A stretch of 64,000 nucleotides of DNA from Mytilus edulis (lineage: Eukaryota), in assembly GCF_963676685.1 (NCBI RefSeq), contig NC_092346.1:68820001-68884000 (forward strand). The letters are read 5' to 3'. The notes below the pieces were generated by a model that made no database searches, was not told the origin of the DNA, and was given only the letters and a program-made list of their open reading frames with translations. Of the stretch, positions 1 through 17,379 are shown one piece after another (position 1 is the first letter of the stretch; each line of letters opens with the position of its first letter). Both the position numbers and the translations under genes were made by a program.

Positions 1-32
1 AGTGATACCAAAATAAAAAATTGGAGATTTAA

Positions 33-703
33 CCCTTTCACCGATTGCTGCCCAGACAGAAGCTACTCTGAGACGATGGCGTCCCTGGCTACTATTACTC
101 AAGTTGGAAATATTCATAATAAATGTCAATAAAAACTTGTTTATATTTATTTGTGTATTTATTTTATTCACTAAGACCATGTTCACAGTTTTGTTCATGT
201 TTTGACAATCTTTTCTTCATAAAATATCAAAATTTTCAAATTTTCGTCATTATCAAGGTGAAATTCTCAAAATTCGACTCTTTCACCCCAAATCGTAATT
301 TTTTAACCCAAAACGGCAAAATTTTGAAAAATTTTATGAGGCTGTACAAATTCATCACACTGATCGATGTCCATTCCAACTGTTTTGTACATAAAACGAC
401 ATTTTATGTCAAAAAAGTATACTAGTTTGGCTTCAATTCTTCCATATTCTTTCAAAAAAAATGTTCCCTCATTTCAAATTCTCGTAAATTCCGTAAATTT
501 CCTCTGATTTTGACACGGTTTTCAACAAACGGAACCGGCATGTTTACACTTTCATCCGGGTTATCCATCAAAGAAAGATAACCCACGTTTGCACTGTTTG
601 AGCGGGAAACATAAAAGAGGTATTCCGATCCCGGTAAAACGGGACTCATCGTCAGCTGTCTGAAGCGTGAATCCCGGTAAACCGGGACTCGTCGGCGAAA
701 GGG
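33..703. mobile_element. piggyBac-like non-autonomous element (MITE), probably inside a WDHD1 intron
   Basis: TTAA(29-32)-CCCTTTCACCGA ... TCGGCGAAAGGG-TTAA(704-707): 12-bp TIR with 1 mismatch, TTAA target duplication, and two subterminal CCCGGTAAA(A/C)CGGGACTC repeats. Confidence 0.75.
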
Positions 704-1019
704 TTAAGGTCCTGTAGCAATAAATGCTATTCTTCAAACAACTTTTTCAATGCCAAATCCTATTTTAAACAGGTTGACAGTATTACATTATACAATGTGT
801 AGTGTCAGATGCACTTTTGATCTTATTTTTAGATATTAAATTTGGAAGTTAAGTAGAGCATTTTTGTAAATGGAAAATTTATGATTATATATTATACATG
901 GTTGGTGCCCTTCAGAACAAACAGGAAGAAATGAGGTGGAGGGAGGCTGTACCCCATATAAGGTTTGAAATTTTCACATGATCAAGAGATAATTGTGTAC
1001 ATCTTTAATAATTTTGTAG

Positions 1020-2405
1020 AACAGCATCAGCATTTGATTTGTGGTATGAGGATAATAAGACAGAATTATTAGATGAGTTCCCAGACTTGTCTGAAGAAGA
1101 CCTAACGCAAGTAGCAGCAGAAAGATTTAGAGAATTATCAAAAGATCAGAGACAGGTAACTTCCAAACTTTTTTTTAAAGATTTTTCAATTTAAAACAGA
1201 AAATCAAGTTAAATACATGTACAAATGTAGCATCTTACAGCAGTGTTCTCTGAATGATTTCTGGAAAGATAATCTGCCTTAAAAAATTAAACTGAGATGA
1301 AATACTTGATGTCAAATACCAGGATATACAACAAAAGTTGAAAGAAGCTACACATGAGTACATGTGAATTTTATTTTATTTATAGTTATTCTGATTGAAG
1401 AAAATTAAGCATAACATTTTATTTATTTTTCCTTATTATGTGAAAATTATAACAAAGTGATATATTTTGTGCAATGTCAATATCACGTGTCACTATTCTT
1501 CCAATTTTAGGATGGAAAAAATGTTTTATTTCTGTTGAAGTATTTCAATTGCTATCGTGGTAGCCATCTTTAGCTTGAGTATATAAACACTTAAGATCAA
1601 TGCCCAAGAAAATATGTGTTTCATTGTATTCATTGAAGGGTTTTTACTGGTAAATCCTCAATGTTACCTATTTCTTAGCCTGATACAAATAGTTGATATT
1701 TCTCAGACATAGAAGTAATATTTATAATAAACACTGTTTAACAGACCTGTATTGTATTTAGAAACAATCATACACAGCTGTTTTTTGTAGAGCATGTCAG
1801 GAAGTCTATATTTTAGAAATAATTCATTTACTTTTCTCCTAAGTCAATATTCTTAAAATGAGTTTGTTGCTGTTCAAAAATTAAAAGCATGGAGGCACTT
1901 TTTAAGACTCCAAAAACTCGTAATATTAAGTTTTTCATTTTAATACTTATAATTCTTTCAAATTCTTAGGAAAATGCAACCACATACAAATATAATTTTT
2001 AGTGCCTCATAATGCTGCATGTAACAACTAGGTGCATGATTAAAGTGTCAGGTTTTAAACAAAAAGGTTGATTGTATTGTGTGATTTGGTGACAAGTAAA
2101 AGATTCATCAAGTTAACAATGGTTCCACTGCAAAGTATAATAGAAGATTTCAAATGTAACATGGTTTGTGGTAGTTTTTCAGTATTTTCTAATGCTATTA
2201 ATTCATTGCTTTTTTGTATCTTTAATAGGAATGGTTACAGAAAGCCAAACAGTTAAAATCTGAGAACACAGAAAACACAGACAATAAAAAGAGAAAAAGA
2301 GATGAAGATTCAGACTCTGCCTCAAAAAAGAAGAAAGAAATTTCAAAGCCGTTATCATCAAACTCTAACACTAAACTAGCTGGATTTGCATTCAGTAAAG
2401 AATGA
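1020..2405 (+). CDS. WDHD1: WD repeat and HMG-box DNA-binding protein 1 (And-1/Ctf4), last two coding exons (1020-1155, 2229-2405); 5' part lies upstream
   Basis: AG/GT-bounded exons translate to TASAFDLWYEDNKTELLDEFPDLSEEDLTQVAAERFRELSKDQRQ|EWLQKAK...KLAGFAFSKE*. This matches the WDHD1 C-terminal HMG box and the terminal KLxxFAFxxE motif. AATAAA at 3041-3046. Confidence 0.88.
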
Positions 2406-5400
2406 TTGATGAATAAAAGAGTTGATTTTTTTAACAAAATTAAAAGACTTTTTTGTTCAAAACTGGCTGAAAATGAGATATGTGTCAATGTAAATGAAAT
2501 ATATGCCCATGTCATTAATCTTATTTATTGCAGCAAGCTTCATTTTGGTGTACCATGTGACATAAGTAAACAACATTAGACAGGGTTGTACTTTATGAGG
2601 AAAAGCTTACAGTACATATTATTAAACATGGGCATACTGTGTTTCCTTGATCAATTAAACTTTCAACATATTTTGTCATAATCAATTATACAGGCAAGCT
2701 GTATTAATATGTCTTCTATTGTTGCATCAAAGAGTTGACAAATATTAATTTACATTTTTGCTATGTTGATATATTATTTATTTTTTGAATATTGTTATAT
2801 TACATATTTTTAACATTACATCGTTTATATATTGAAAGAAAGTATTCTTCTGTTAAATCTGTCAAGGCTGTTACCCATCAGAACTGGGGGCCAATTTTTA
2901 TGAAAACAAAATTGGCAGTGTGTTGTACAAAACTGTTCAATTTTATAGATTGAATTCCAGTTCCTGTAGGGTAAGGTTCAGTCACTTTTATGTATTTATT
3001 TAAATGACTGCAATACATGTTCTATCAGATGTGCTAAAAAAATAAACAGTGATTTGTATTCTTTTTTTTTCTGCAAGGTACATCATTTAACCATTTAAAA
3101 TTTCTTGTAAGGATGGAAATTCTTGCTTGCCAAGTTGCCCATAGCAACCAAATTTTTTTTAAATATATTATCCAGTAGTCCATGTGGCTATAATATTTGT
3201 CCTTAATACATTAAGGTAAAACCTATGATAGTTTCTCCAAAATCATCTCCTCAGCATATCAATCATTATAACTAAATAAGTGATTTTATCAATTTACTCA
3301 ATGTTTTTGACAAAACCAAGGTTTATCCTCATCACTTAGTTCATTTGAATATTGCAAATGACTTACTTTCAGGTGACATGTATTAAACCTGAATTGAATT
3401 CTGAGTCTTAAGAAAAAGTGTTTAAGCTATCCAATGGGACATTTCTGACCTTCCAATGTTGGTCTCCAAGGATCTCTGCCACCACTTCAGTTTAAAATTT
3501 TGCTTTTGTTTGATCAAGCCTGATACAAAGGGATACAAGTCTTTCCCAGGTCCGAATATTTTCATGACAGCTTTGTCTTTTGTCCTGGTTAAGAACAATG
3601 ATAACACTGTCAAAGCTAGTGGAAGCAAGTTCCCTGACTTTGTATCTAAATCTATCTATGATGAGGTTTTTTTTTATCCAAAGACAATTAGTCTTCTCAG
3701 TCTAAGACACCTTGTTTTTTGTTTTGGTTCTTTATCTGTAGATCAATTCCAGCAAGATATGAACAGGTCACCCCTTGTCAAGGTTACTGGTGGCAAAAGA
3801 TATTTCAGTACAACAAACTTGAATCCTCTTTCCAAGACCAGAAGAGATCAGCTGGTTTTGTCCTAACCTTTCTGATAGCAAGAAAGACCAACATTGAAAG
3901 GGTTGGAAACAGTATAAGTGATGTGTTGACCCCTCCGATAGAAATGTCAGAGGAAATATCATCTGCCCATGTTTCAGTGGGGCAAGCTATCCAAGTTTCT
4001 TCTAGATCAATTATCGCTCACAACAGATATGTGGATTCCTTCGATACTACGGAAAGTTTCTGGATTCTGTTCACTTTGGAACAGCCGCCACATCAGTTCC
4101 AATCGATCTGTCTTGACAAAGGATTCTCAAAAGAATTGGTTGCAAGATTTGACAGATTGATATTTTCACATTCCGATTTCTCCAGTTTGGTTTGGCCAGA
4201 CAAAGTTTATCAATGCTGAGATTAATGCTTCACTAGCTTTCCTCGGGGTATCTTGCCTTAATTCTCGGTTGTTCTCCTATACTTCTATCTAGACGATTCA
4301 TGCATCTCAACAGTAGTAGCTTACCTACAGAATCATGGGGAAAGTTCTCATTCGTTTACTTCTAAGCAAGGCAAATATGCCAGTCTACAAAGGCTCATCA
4401 TTGACACTCGAATCAAAATAGTAGACAAACATAGTTTGTTTGAAATTGAGCACCCAGCTGGGATCGCAGCCTTAGCTCATTTTGGATAAGACCAACTGCC
4501 GTTGCGTTGTAAATTGGTGGTGGGTACGCCAGGCTGTGTTGATATCCTTTACACCAGTATCTTGAACAATTTATTATAGGCGAAATAATACTGGTTTGTG
4601 CACCGATCATATTCACTGTAAATTATTCCTGCTACAAAAGTAGGGGTACTCCAGATTGTGGAGGAAAAAAAAAGAACATTGTCAAATAAAATGCGTTGGA
4701 GAGATTTGAGGGCCCAAAATTCCGAATTTTTTTTAACCAAACTTTTAAGCTAAGGTAATATATGGGGTGGAAAATCCTTAGTTTGATGATAGACCTCTTT
4801 GCACCAGTCAAGAGTCGGGGACGTATGTTTCTGAAATTACCGACAAAAACGACACTATGACCCTATCTTAGATGGGAATGTTAGCTGTTAATTTTTGTGT
4901 CATTTGATCTGTTGTGAAGAGTTGGCTCATTGGCAATCCCACCACATCTTATTTTATATTTTGCAAAGTTTAGTAACTAAGTTAAACATATATATCCCAT
5001 CGAACTTGAGATAAGTCTGTATCATATCTTAGTAATGAGGTTCGTTTGAAAACAAAACTTGACCAAACAAAAGAGATGTATTAGACTTCCTAATTAATTA
5101 TCCCTTCTTACGTTTTATGGACACAATAACGAGTGTGTTGGATTATCTGTTTTACAGATATGATCCACTGAACGTTTTTGTACTTGCATGATCAACACGA
5201 CGAGTGTCAAATGTGAAGCAGAATCTGCTTACCCTTCCAGAGCACATGGGATCGCCCCCGGTTTTGGTGGGGTTCGTGTTGCTCAGTCTTTCGTTTTCTT
5301 TGTTGTGTTTTGTGTGTACAGCTTTTTATTTTTATTTTAATTTTCTACTCCTAATTTTAAGATAGCAGAAATGTTTTATGAGATTCTTCATGATGATACC

Positions 5401-6057
5401 TAGCAATTCGTCACTTTACCTTGCTCTTGGGAAAAACAAATCCGTCAAGAAAAATAGATTAAGCACCGAACATTCATTTTTATGTGTTGGGGTGTTTTCT
5501 AATCTCACTAAAATAACAATTTGTCGACAGTACTTATTCTAAAACATAACCATTTTTTTAATGACATATAGGAACAAGATTCTTTTTTTGTAAATTCAAT
5601 GTAGTGTTTATGTATTTCCCTAATTTTAAATCGAAACAACCATTTTTTTTTCACAAAATATTCATTTCAAGAATATTTTAATTGAACACTTAAAATCCTT
5701 TCCTCTTCTCTGTTTTTTTTATAGTGCTTGATAATTACTAACATAAAACATAAACATACACAAAATCCAATCATGACATTGGTCATGTTAAAGCTTGTAG
5801 AAAGATATTATTCTAGGAAGGAAATAAGTATAAGTATATAACAACCAATCCTATTATGTTTCTAAATATAAATATAGTGTTAGTTGAAAGACAACCCCGA
5901 TTATCTATATTTATTCAGACTCGACGTATCAGCATGGCTACATCGTTATGAATAAAACCTGTGTGGTCAAATCTATATATATATATATAAATACTGATAG
6001 TCATTAACAAAAATAGTATGATTTAATTTGAAGTAAAGAACGATACATCAAGAAGAA

Positions 6058-10313
<4,256 letters not shown>

Positions 10314-10328
<15 letters not shown>

Positions 10329-10568
10329 ACAGTCCCCGCATGTAATGGCCAGCACAACAAACATGGATTAACAAATGTTCCTACTGAATAAGTATAAATG
10401 AACAGTCCGAATGTAATGGCCAGCACAACAAACATGGATTAACAAATGTTCCTACTGAATAAGTATAAATGAACAGTCCGAATGTAATGGCCAGCACAAC
10501 AAACATGGATTAACAAATGTTCCTACTGAATAAGTATAAATGAACAGTCCAAATGTAATGGCCAGCAT
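10314..10568 (+). repeat. Minisatellite, ~71-bp unit, ~3.5 copies, overlapping the stop codon of ARF-A
   Basis: AAGTATAAATGAACAGTCCGAATGTAATGGCCAGCACAACAAACATGGATTAACAAATGTTCCTACTGAAT repeated; AAATGAACAG at 10323, 10396, 10467, 10538. Confidence 0.9.
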
Positions 10569-12184
10569 AACGAAGATGATTTCAACGACATGAACAAAAT
10601 ATGTACTATGCACAACAAAGGGTAAAAAGCTATTGCAAAAAAACAAATAAAAAACAGCTCAGCGCATCACAACAGATGGTATGATTTTGTTATTGATTTT
10701 TAAATACAAATTAGAGTGTTTTTTCCCCGTTTGCATGACACTGGAGATAATGAATTTCTTGTTTTCTTAGCTTCATTTTATAAGCAACGAATTAGCCAGA
10801 ATGTAGTATAAAACATATCTCTATTAAATAAGTTTGTCAGTTTTTCTAATGACTTGGTTCAATATTGGCATTGGAACATGAGGAATTTTCTGTTGATATT
10901 GAAATATTAGAAGTCATGGTTTATATAGAAGAAGATTAAATATATTGTGATTATTGTTTTACTAGAGTTTCTGTTGTTTGTAAAACCGACATTACTGATC
11001 TGAGAAATTGTTCAAATTATCAAATAAAGGCAACAGTACTATACCGCTGTTCAAAGGTCATAAGACGATTAAGCGAAAATAATTCCGGGTCACAAACAAA
11101 AATCAAAGGAAACACATAAACTATAAGAGGGAGACAAAGACACAACAAAAACACTGAACTGCTACTAAAACAAATGCAAACATACATAGACACGGACTAT
11201 TTGATAACAACTGACATATTCCTGACTTTGTACAAGAAATTTTAAGGAAAAAAATGGTCGGTGAAAGCTAGTGTTATGGCTAGCAAAATATAACGCATAT
11301 CTGGCAATGCTAAAATGTCGATAAACTGTACTTTTGAAAAAAGTTGTTGATGTTTTGTCGTTGTTTGTTTAATTTATCGAATTGTCCCACACTTGTGTCA
11401 ACTCAATCATAGGTGTATGAGAACATGTCTCTATGTTGAGAACTCATAGTCCCTCCCCTGTTATTAATATATATCCCTGATTTTTAATATATATATATAT
11501 ATATATAATTTATTTGTACATTATGTTTACCAATTTACCGTATTTAACATACACTATAACAATATATCATTTTACCAGACCACGGTTTGCGGAAGTAGTC
11601 AAGAAGACAATATTATGTTTTTCAGGGGTTGACAGGATACACGTGATCGTTGTTAGTTTCAACTTCAATATTATTATGCAAGCAGATGTAATAAAAAATT
11701 ATTTCATACATTATTTCTTTTTGGTTTACACTTTATATAGGGCTTTATTTATGATCTTATTCCAGAGTGCACAATTCTTATTCTACATATTTCACCTTTA
11801 TCATTTTGTTGTAGGGAAGTTTAGATTAAGTGTCGAGTTAATATGTATATTATTTTGTGTTGTCTGCGAGGAACAAATCATTTTTCTGATCTAGTAACTA
11901 AATTCAAAACCAATATAGATAATGTTAACATGTATATTTTATTGAACTGTGTAAATTAATCAGAATGCGAATGACAACATGCACCTACAATTCTTTTGTG
12001 TGTTTCCCGTTTCTGTAACACATGACATTTGCGCGGGAACTTCTTACATAAACATCGTATTGAAGATTATTGAAACATGTGAAATGTACTGTAACAGTTA
12101 TTGCTTTTTGGAGGTAATGTGATATTATTTATTATTCAATAGTATATAATTTTACGTCAGGTTTGTACACATTAAGTCTCTGGT

Positions 12185-12843
12185 CAGTGGCGGATCTAGG
12201 GGAGGGGGGATTCCGGAGGTTGAACCTCCTTTTTTTGTTGACGATCAATTCATTTGGATAGGGATATCAGTTGGAACTGACCCTTTATCCTGGGTTAGGA
12301 TCCCCTTTTAAAATGGCTGGATCTGTCTCAGCTAGTCAAGTCAGAACCGAAACACATCAGTGGCAGACCTAGCCATTTCGAAAGGGGGGTCCAACCATGT
12401 CCCCATTCAAATGCATTGATCACCCCACAAAAGGGGCGATTCCATCCGGGAACCCTCCTACTGGATCCGCCACTGCACACTTCACGGACCTATGTTATTT
12501 AGTGCTCAAGTGATTCGAAAAAACTCAATTTACATTAGGTCCCCCTTTTTGAAAAATTACTAAATCCGCCTCTGCTTATCCTGGGTGAGGTCCCCCTTTT
12601 AAAAAATGGTTGGATCTGTCTCAGTTACTCTAATCTAAACTGAAACACATTAGGGGCGGATCCAGCCATTGGGAAAAGGGTGGGGTCCAACCATGTGCCC
12701 ATTCAAATGCATTGATCATCACCCCAAAAAAGGGGCGGTTCCAACTGAAAACCCTCCCCTGGATCAGCCACTGCACATTACTTGGACCTATGTTAGTTCG
12801 TTACATGTAATTACTTAAGTGATGCGAAAACAACTCAATTTAC
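12185..12843. mobile_element. Cluster of short CAGTGGCGGATC-terminated MITEs, locally duplicated
   Basis: Copies start at 12185, 12358 and ~12652, two ending in GGATC(C/A)GCCACTG; ~12290-12535 is duplicated at ~12580-12843. Confidence 0.6.
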
Positions 12844-14839
12844 TAATAAACTTCCTTATTATTAAAGAAACTTTATATAAAAGTAAACATTCTCATTATA
12901 TTTTGCTGTGTGAAATTGCTTATGCGGGAAAGACCCATTACAACCCGACCATAGAGGAGACAACAGCTGAAGGCCACCAATGGGTCTTCAATGCAGCGAG
13001 AAGCTCCCACACCCGGAGACTCACAACAAACCCGTTCTAGAAATAATTTGTGAATGAAATTGGTAAATACAGTTATTCTTGATCTTCATACAATTTAAAG
13101 GCATTTCCAAATAGTCTTAAATACATGTATAATGCTCTATGCATCTGAAAAGGGTTGAAAATAACACTGAAAAATCATCGTTTTTCCTCTAGCATAGTTT
13201 GTACGTGCAGTATAGGTGTATTTTAAAGGCAAAACAGTGAAGCCGCCGTATAATACTTCAATCGAACCGATTTACTTTTTGAAGTTTAATCACTATACTA
13301 TATATAAAAATATTAATTTTCGCGAACCATTTAGGTCACGGAAATTCCAAAATATGGCATCAGTAAGGAGAGTTGTACAAATAATGTGAATACACAGAAC
13401 CCCCATCCAATTCATCTTTAACTAAAAGTATTCATCATTTTCTATTTTATATGTACTAACAATATTCCATTTTTCTATAATTTGGATTAAAATGTGCAAA
13501 AATCTGAGTTAGAATAGGTCGAATGCCCCAAATAAACATTCCCTGATTGGTTGAAGCACTGTGGCGTCGATGTAAAGCATAGCAAGCCTCGATGTAAAGC
13601 ACACGCTTCACAGGAATAATTAAGGAGAGTTTTACAAATAATGTGAATACACAGACCCTCAATCCAATTTATGTACATGTATTGCTAAAAATAATCAAGT
13701 GTTCATCATTTTCTGTTTTGATTCTGCTAACAACATTCTATTTTTTCTACAATTCCATTTGAAATATGTGAAACCCCGCAATGAAAATAGATGGCCTCAA
13801 TGATGTAAAAGCAACCCAAAAAATTTCCGTTAATATGTTAACATCTTGAACTTCAACCCTGGGTTCAAAGGGTTAATAAACCGATTCACAAATAGAGATA
13901 TCCTTTCCCTCAAGTGAAGTATACAGGCAACTTCGTTTACAGAAATATATACACACTTTATCAGTAATATATTGTCATGCTTCTGCATATCCACGTTTTT
14001 TTGTATGCTGAACTTCAGTCAAATTCAATTCTATACAAACTTTATTACGTAAAGCAATAGGAGTAAGAATATTTTTTGCGCCAATTTAACCGTGACCAAC
14101 ATCATCATCAGTATCAAAATTGTTTATCGTTATCATTGTGAAATTTCACTGACATAGGGTTTATTAATATAGAGTAATTTTGGTAATTATGGCTTATTTA
14201 TGTTAAAGTTCTCCAGATGTGCTTCTCTAGATATCTTTGACGGTCAGTTTAATCCCATTTATCTCAATATTATCCCCGATGACAGAAATGTCAACCCGAC
14301 CTATTCGTGTCAAAAGTGAAAATCTAATCTATTTGATGAACTAATTTCTTCTAAAACTGTACATGCATTATTTCTGTATTATTTGATAACCAATCACATT
14401 TGCGTTGCATGATAATGGGTACTGTTTGAGCGAACTGTCTAGTGTACTGCAAGATCGATGCAAATTGTGACGTCAGTGAGTGATCACGTGACATTATTAT
14501 TTGTAAACAAACCAGCTCCTCATGTAACATGTGTCTCAGTCTGAACCATACATTCAAAGTGCAATCAATCTTTCAATCGCTATTTTATGATATTTTTGTG
14601 TCTGTTTTTTGGTTTGCATATCAGTAGTCGAAGTAAACTCAAGGTTATTATATAAAATTATTTGTCTCTTTTCGTCTGTAGTACATGCGTTTGAGGTCCG
14701 GTTTAATTTGTACGCATGAAATCTCTAGTCTAAAAAAAGCTAGTGATAGAACCTTAACCAGATAAGCAACTGTCTAGGGCCAAGTAAGGAAGGTGAAAAA
14801 AACAGTATTGGTACTATTACGCAGAACCATAAACAGATG

Positions 14840-15102
14840 CATAGACAGACCCAGGAGGTGGCAGTGGCGGATCCAGAACTTTTCATAAGGTGGGGCCCGC
14901 TCCAGTCATGCTTCAGTGATTCCCTATATAATCAACAAAATTTTTCCAACAAAAAGGGGGGGAGGGGTCTGCCCCCTAGATCCTCCTATTGGTGGGGAAA
15001 ATTTAGTTGATTATATAGGAAATCATCAAAGCTTGACAGCAGTGGGCAGCCCTTTGGAAAGTCAGAGGCCACCCCTTTATGAAAAGTGCTGAATTGCCAC
15101 TG
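14840..15102. mobile_element. CAGTGGCGG-family MITE nested inside a related copy
   Basis: Inner copy ~14862-14990 flanked by GGTGG on both sides; outer copy ends GAATTGCCACTG. Confidence 0.55.
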
Positions 15103-16081
15103 AGATTTGCAGGTTTTCTTTGTAAAGATACCTTATTAAAAATATCAACAACTCTGACTGAGTACACAATTTGATTCATTTTAGCTCATTAGCTGGGCTC
15201 ACTCGCTAAAAATATTCATTGCGCCTCACTGGCAAATATCTTACGATACTCATGTGTAGAAAAACTGATAATCTATACATGTGTGTGTGGAGTAGTTAGC
15301 TTAAATATACTTTTAGCTAAATTTGGAAAATTTGAAAATGACTTGGGGAATGAAGATGTACAAAAATGTAGTAAAGACCGAATATCAGTTTTGGTCTTAT
15401 ATATGTAGTTGTATAAAATTTTAGTTTTACATGTATATATGTGTATAAATATATCACTGTTTCAGGGGCAATGGTAAATAGACAATGAAAAGTCTTGGAT
15501 AACATTTTATAGTTTTGAATGTTTCTTCATCAGTTGACTTAAATTAGGTGGAGCCAGGAGGTGTGTTCTTATTTTACTCTAAATATATTATATATATTGT
15601 ATTTTATTGAAGTCTGTTTGGCCTATATATTTTGATGATTTGTTATTTTTGTTGTTCTTGAAACAAGCGAAATTTTATTAATATTTGATATTATTACAAT
15701 GCTTACTGCTGTATCCCGATTTATGACCATTTTACCGTATCATATAATCAAAACTTTATTACAATATTAACAGCTGTTACTCAAATTTTTACATTTTTAC
15801 CTTGTAGGTCTGTTTGTTTTGCCCACACATTGTTGTCAATATAATGAAATTCTATGCCCCTGTCATATCTTTACACTTGAGAGGTTTAACTAGCTATAAA
15901 ATCAGGTTTAACCCACCATTCCTTACATAAGGAAATGTATGTACCAAGTCAAGGAATATAGCAGTTGCATTCCATTCGTTTGATATATTTGAGCTTTTTA
16001 TTTTGCCACTTTTCGTTTTCGGTATTTTTGTTAATTACTTTTTGAACGCTTATATTCATGGTTTCCCTCTTCAAACGAACA

Positions 16082-16662
16082 AAGGAGTATGTTCGATAAA
16101 GTCCCAAAATGGCCCCCTTTTTTAGCGTAAATTTAAAATTCGTATTTATCGACCTATATCACGATAAATTATAGCTAATACATTGACTAGCTAGGATATA
16201 ACCCATTTTGTTGAAAATTTTACGTTTCTGCGTTTCATTATGACGTCACAAGTTGTACTCATATTGATTTTTCATGAAAAAATCAACGAAAATGGTAGAA
16301 TTTCCATAGATTATTGGACAGGAAACATAGAGTGCATACGTCGACAACAAAGATCTTTTAAAATAATGTTTGTGAAGACATTTCACATGTCTTATTTAGA
16401 TTTTAAGCTTGTCGACGCCTGCGCTCTATGTTTCCTGGTCCTTTATTTGGTTGAAATCTAGCTGATTTTGTCACATTTCACCAAAATCCCTTATCTTGAC
16501 CTTTTTTGGATGTAAAAATCAACGTGTTAGAATTAAACTTTGACAAAAACAGGTCTGTTTAACTTTCTAACATGTCTTTAGGGCAACTTTAAACATGTAT
16601 TACCTTGTAACTATGAACTTTATAATTGGGGCCAAATATGGCCCTTACCGAACTTACTTCTT
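16082..16662. mobile_element. Non-autonomous TIR element (MITE)
   Basis: Imperfect ~35-bp terminal inverted repeats AAGGAGTATGTTCGATAAAGTCCCAAAATGGCCCC / GGGGCCAAATATGGCCCTTACCGAACTTACTTCTT. Confidence 0.6.
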
Positions 16663-17379
16663 TAGAGAAAAATCCAAGAAATGGCAATCAATTCACAGTA
16701 TATAACAAATAATCACTACATGCTACTGATCATATATCTCCGAGTATTTATAACTTTATGTATACACTTTACATGACGTATAATAAATTTTACCAAACAT
16801 AGTTTTAAACATACCTTCCGGTTTGACCTTGCCTAAATATAGATATGTGATGTCTACTACATTGGTAATAACACAAATGTCGCAAAATAAAAAAAAGTTA
16901 ATTGCAATATGGAAATTGTGAATTTTGTAAAGTAATTTTCTGCAGCTTCCATTCTAGACATTTTTATATGGTATTTACATGTAACAATGAAACATAATAT
17001 TTTTCACTGTGAAATGTTCATTTCGTTGAATATGTAGAACACGTTTTTTTATGTGATATCTTGAATCTATTTTAGTGCAGATTTTTAAACAGCATAAATA
17101 CCTATATAGTCACTTATTTTTTTATATTTATGACTTGAAAGTTTATAAAAGCTGGTTTCTGGTCTACAGTCGCACATGTTCATCTTTTTATATATAAAAA
17201 AATCCTTTTTCTCATAAATTCTTCACATTTTATTAAACTACCAAATACACATCGTATATTAAGCCGTCCACAAACTCCCGAACTTAAAAGCAGCTAGCCT
17301 TTTCTGAATTTCGAACGTTCCAGCATCTGCTATATTATTATCTAGTTGTCTCTCTTGACTCATTTCCACATAATCTACC

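Noticed and set aside
918-962. Possible extra WDHD1 mini-exon (CAG-AACAAAC...ATAAG-GT)
   Set aside because: No recognisable homology, weak donor and only a 57-nt gap to the next exon.
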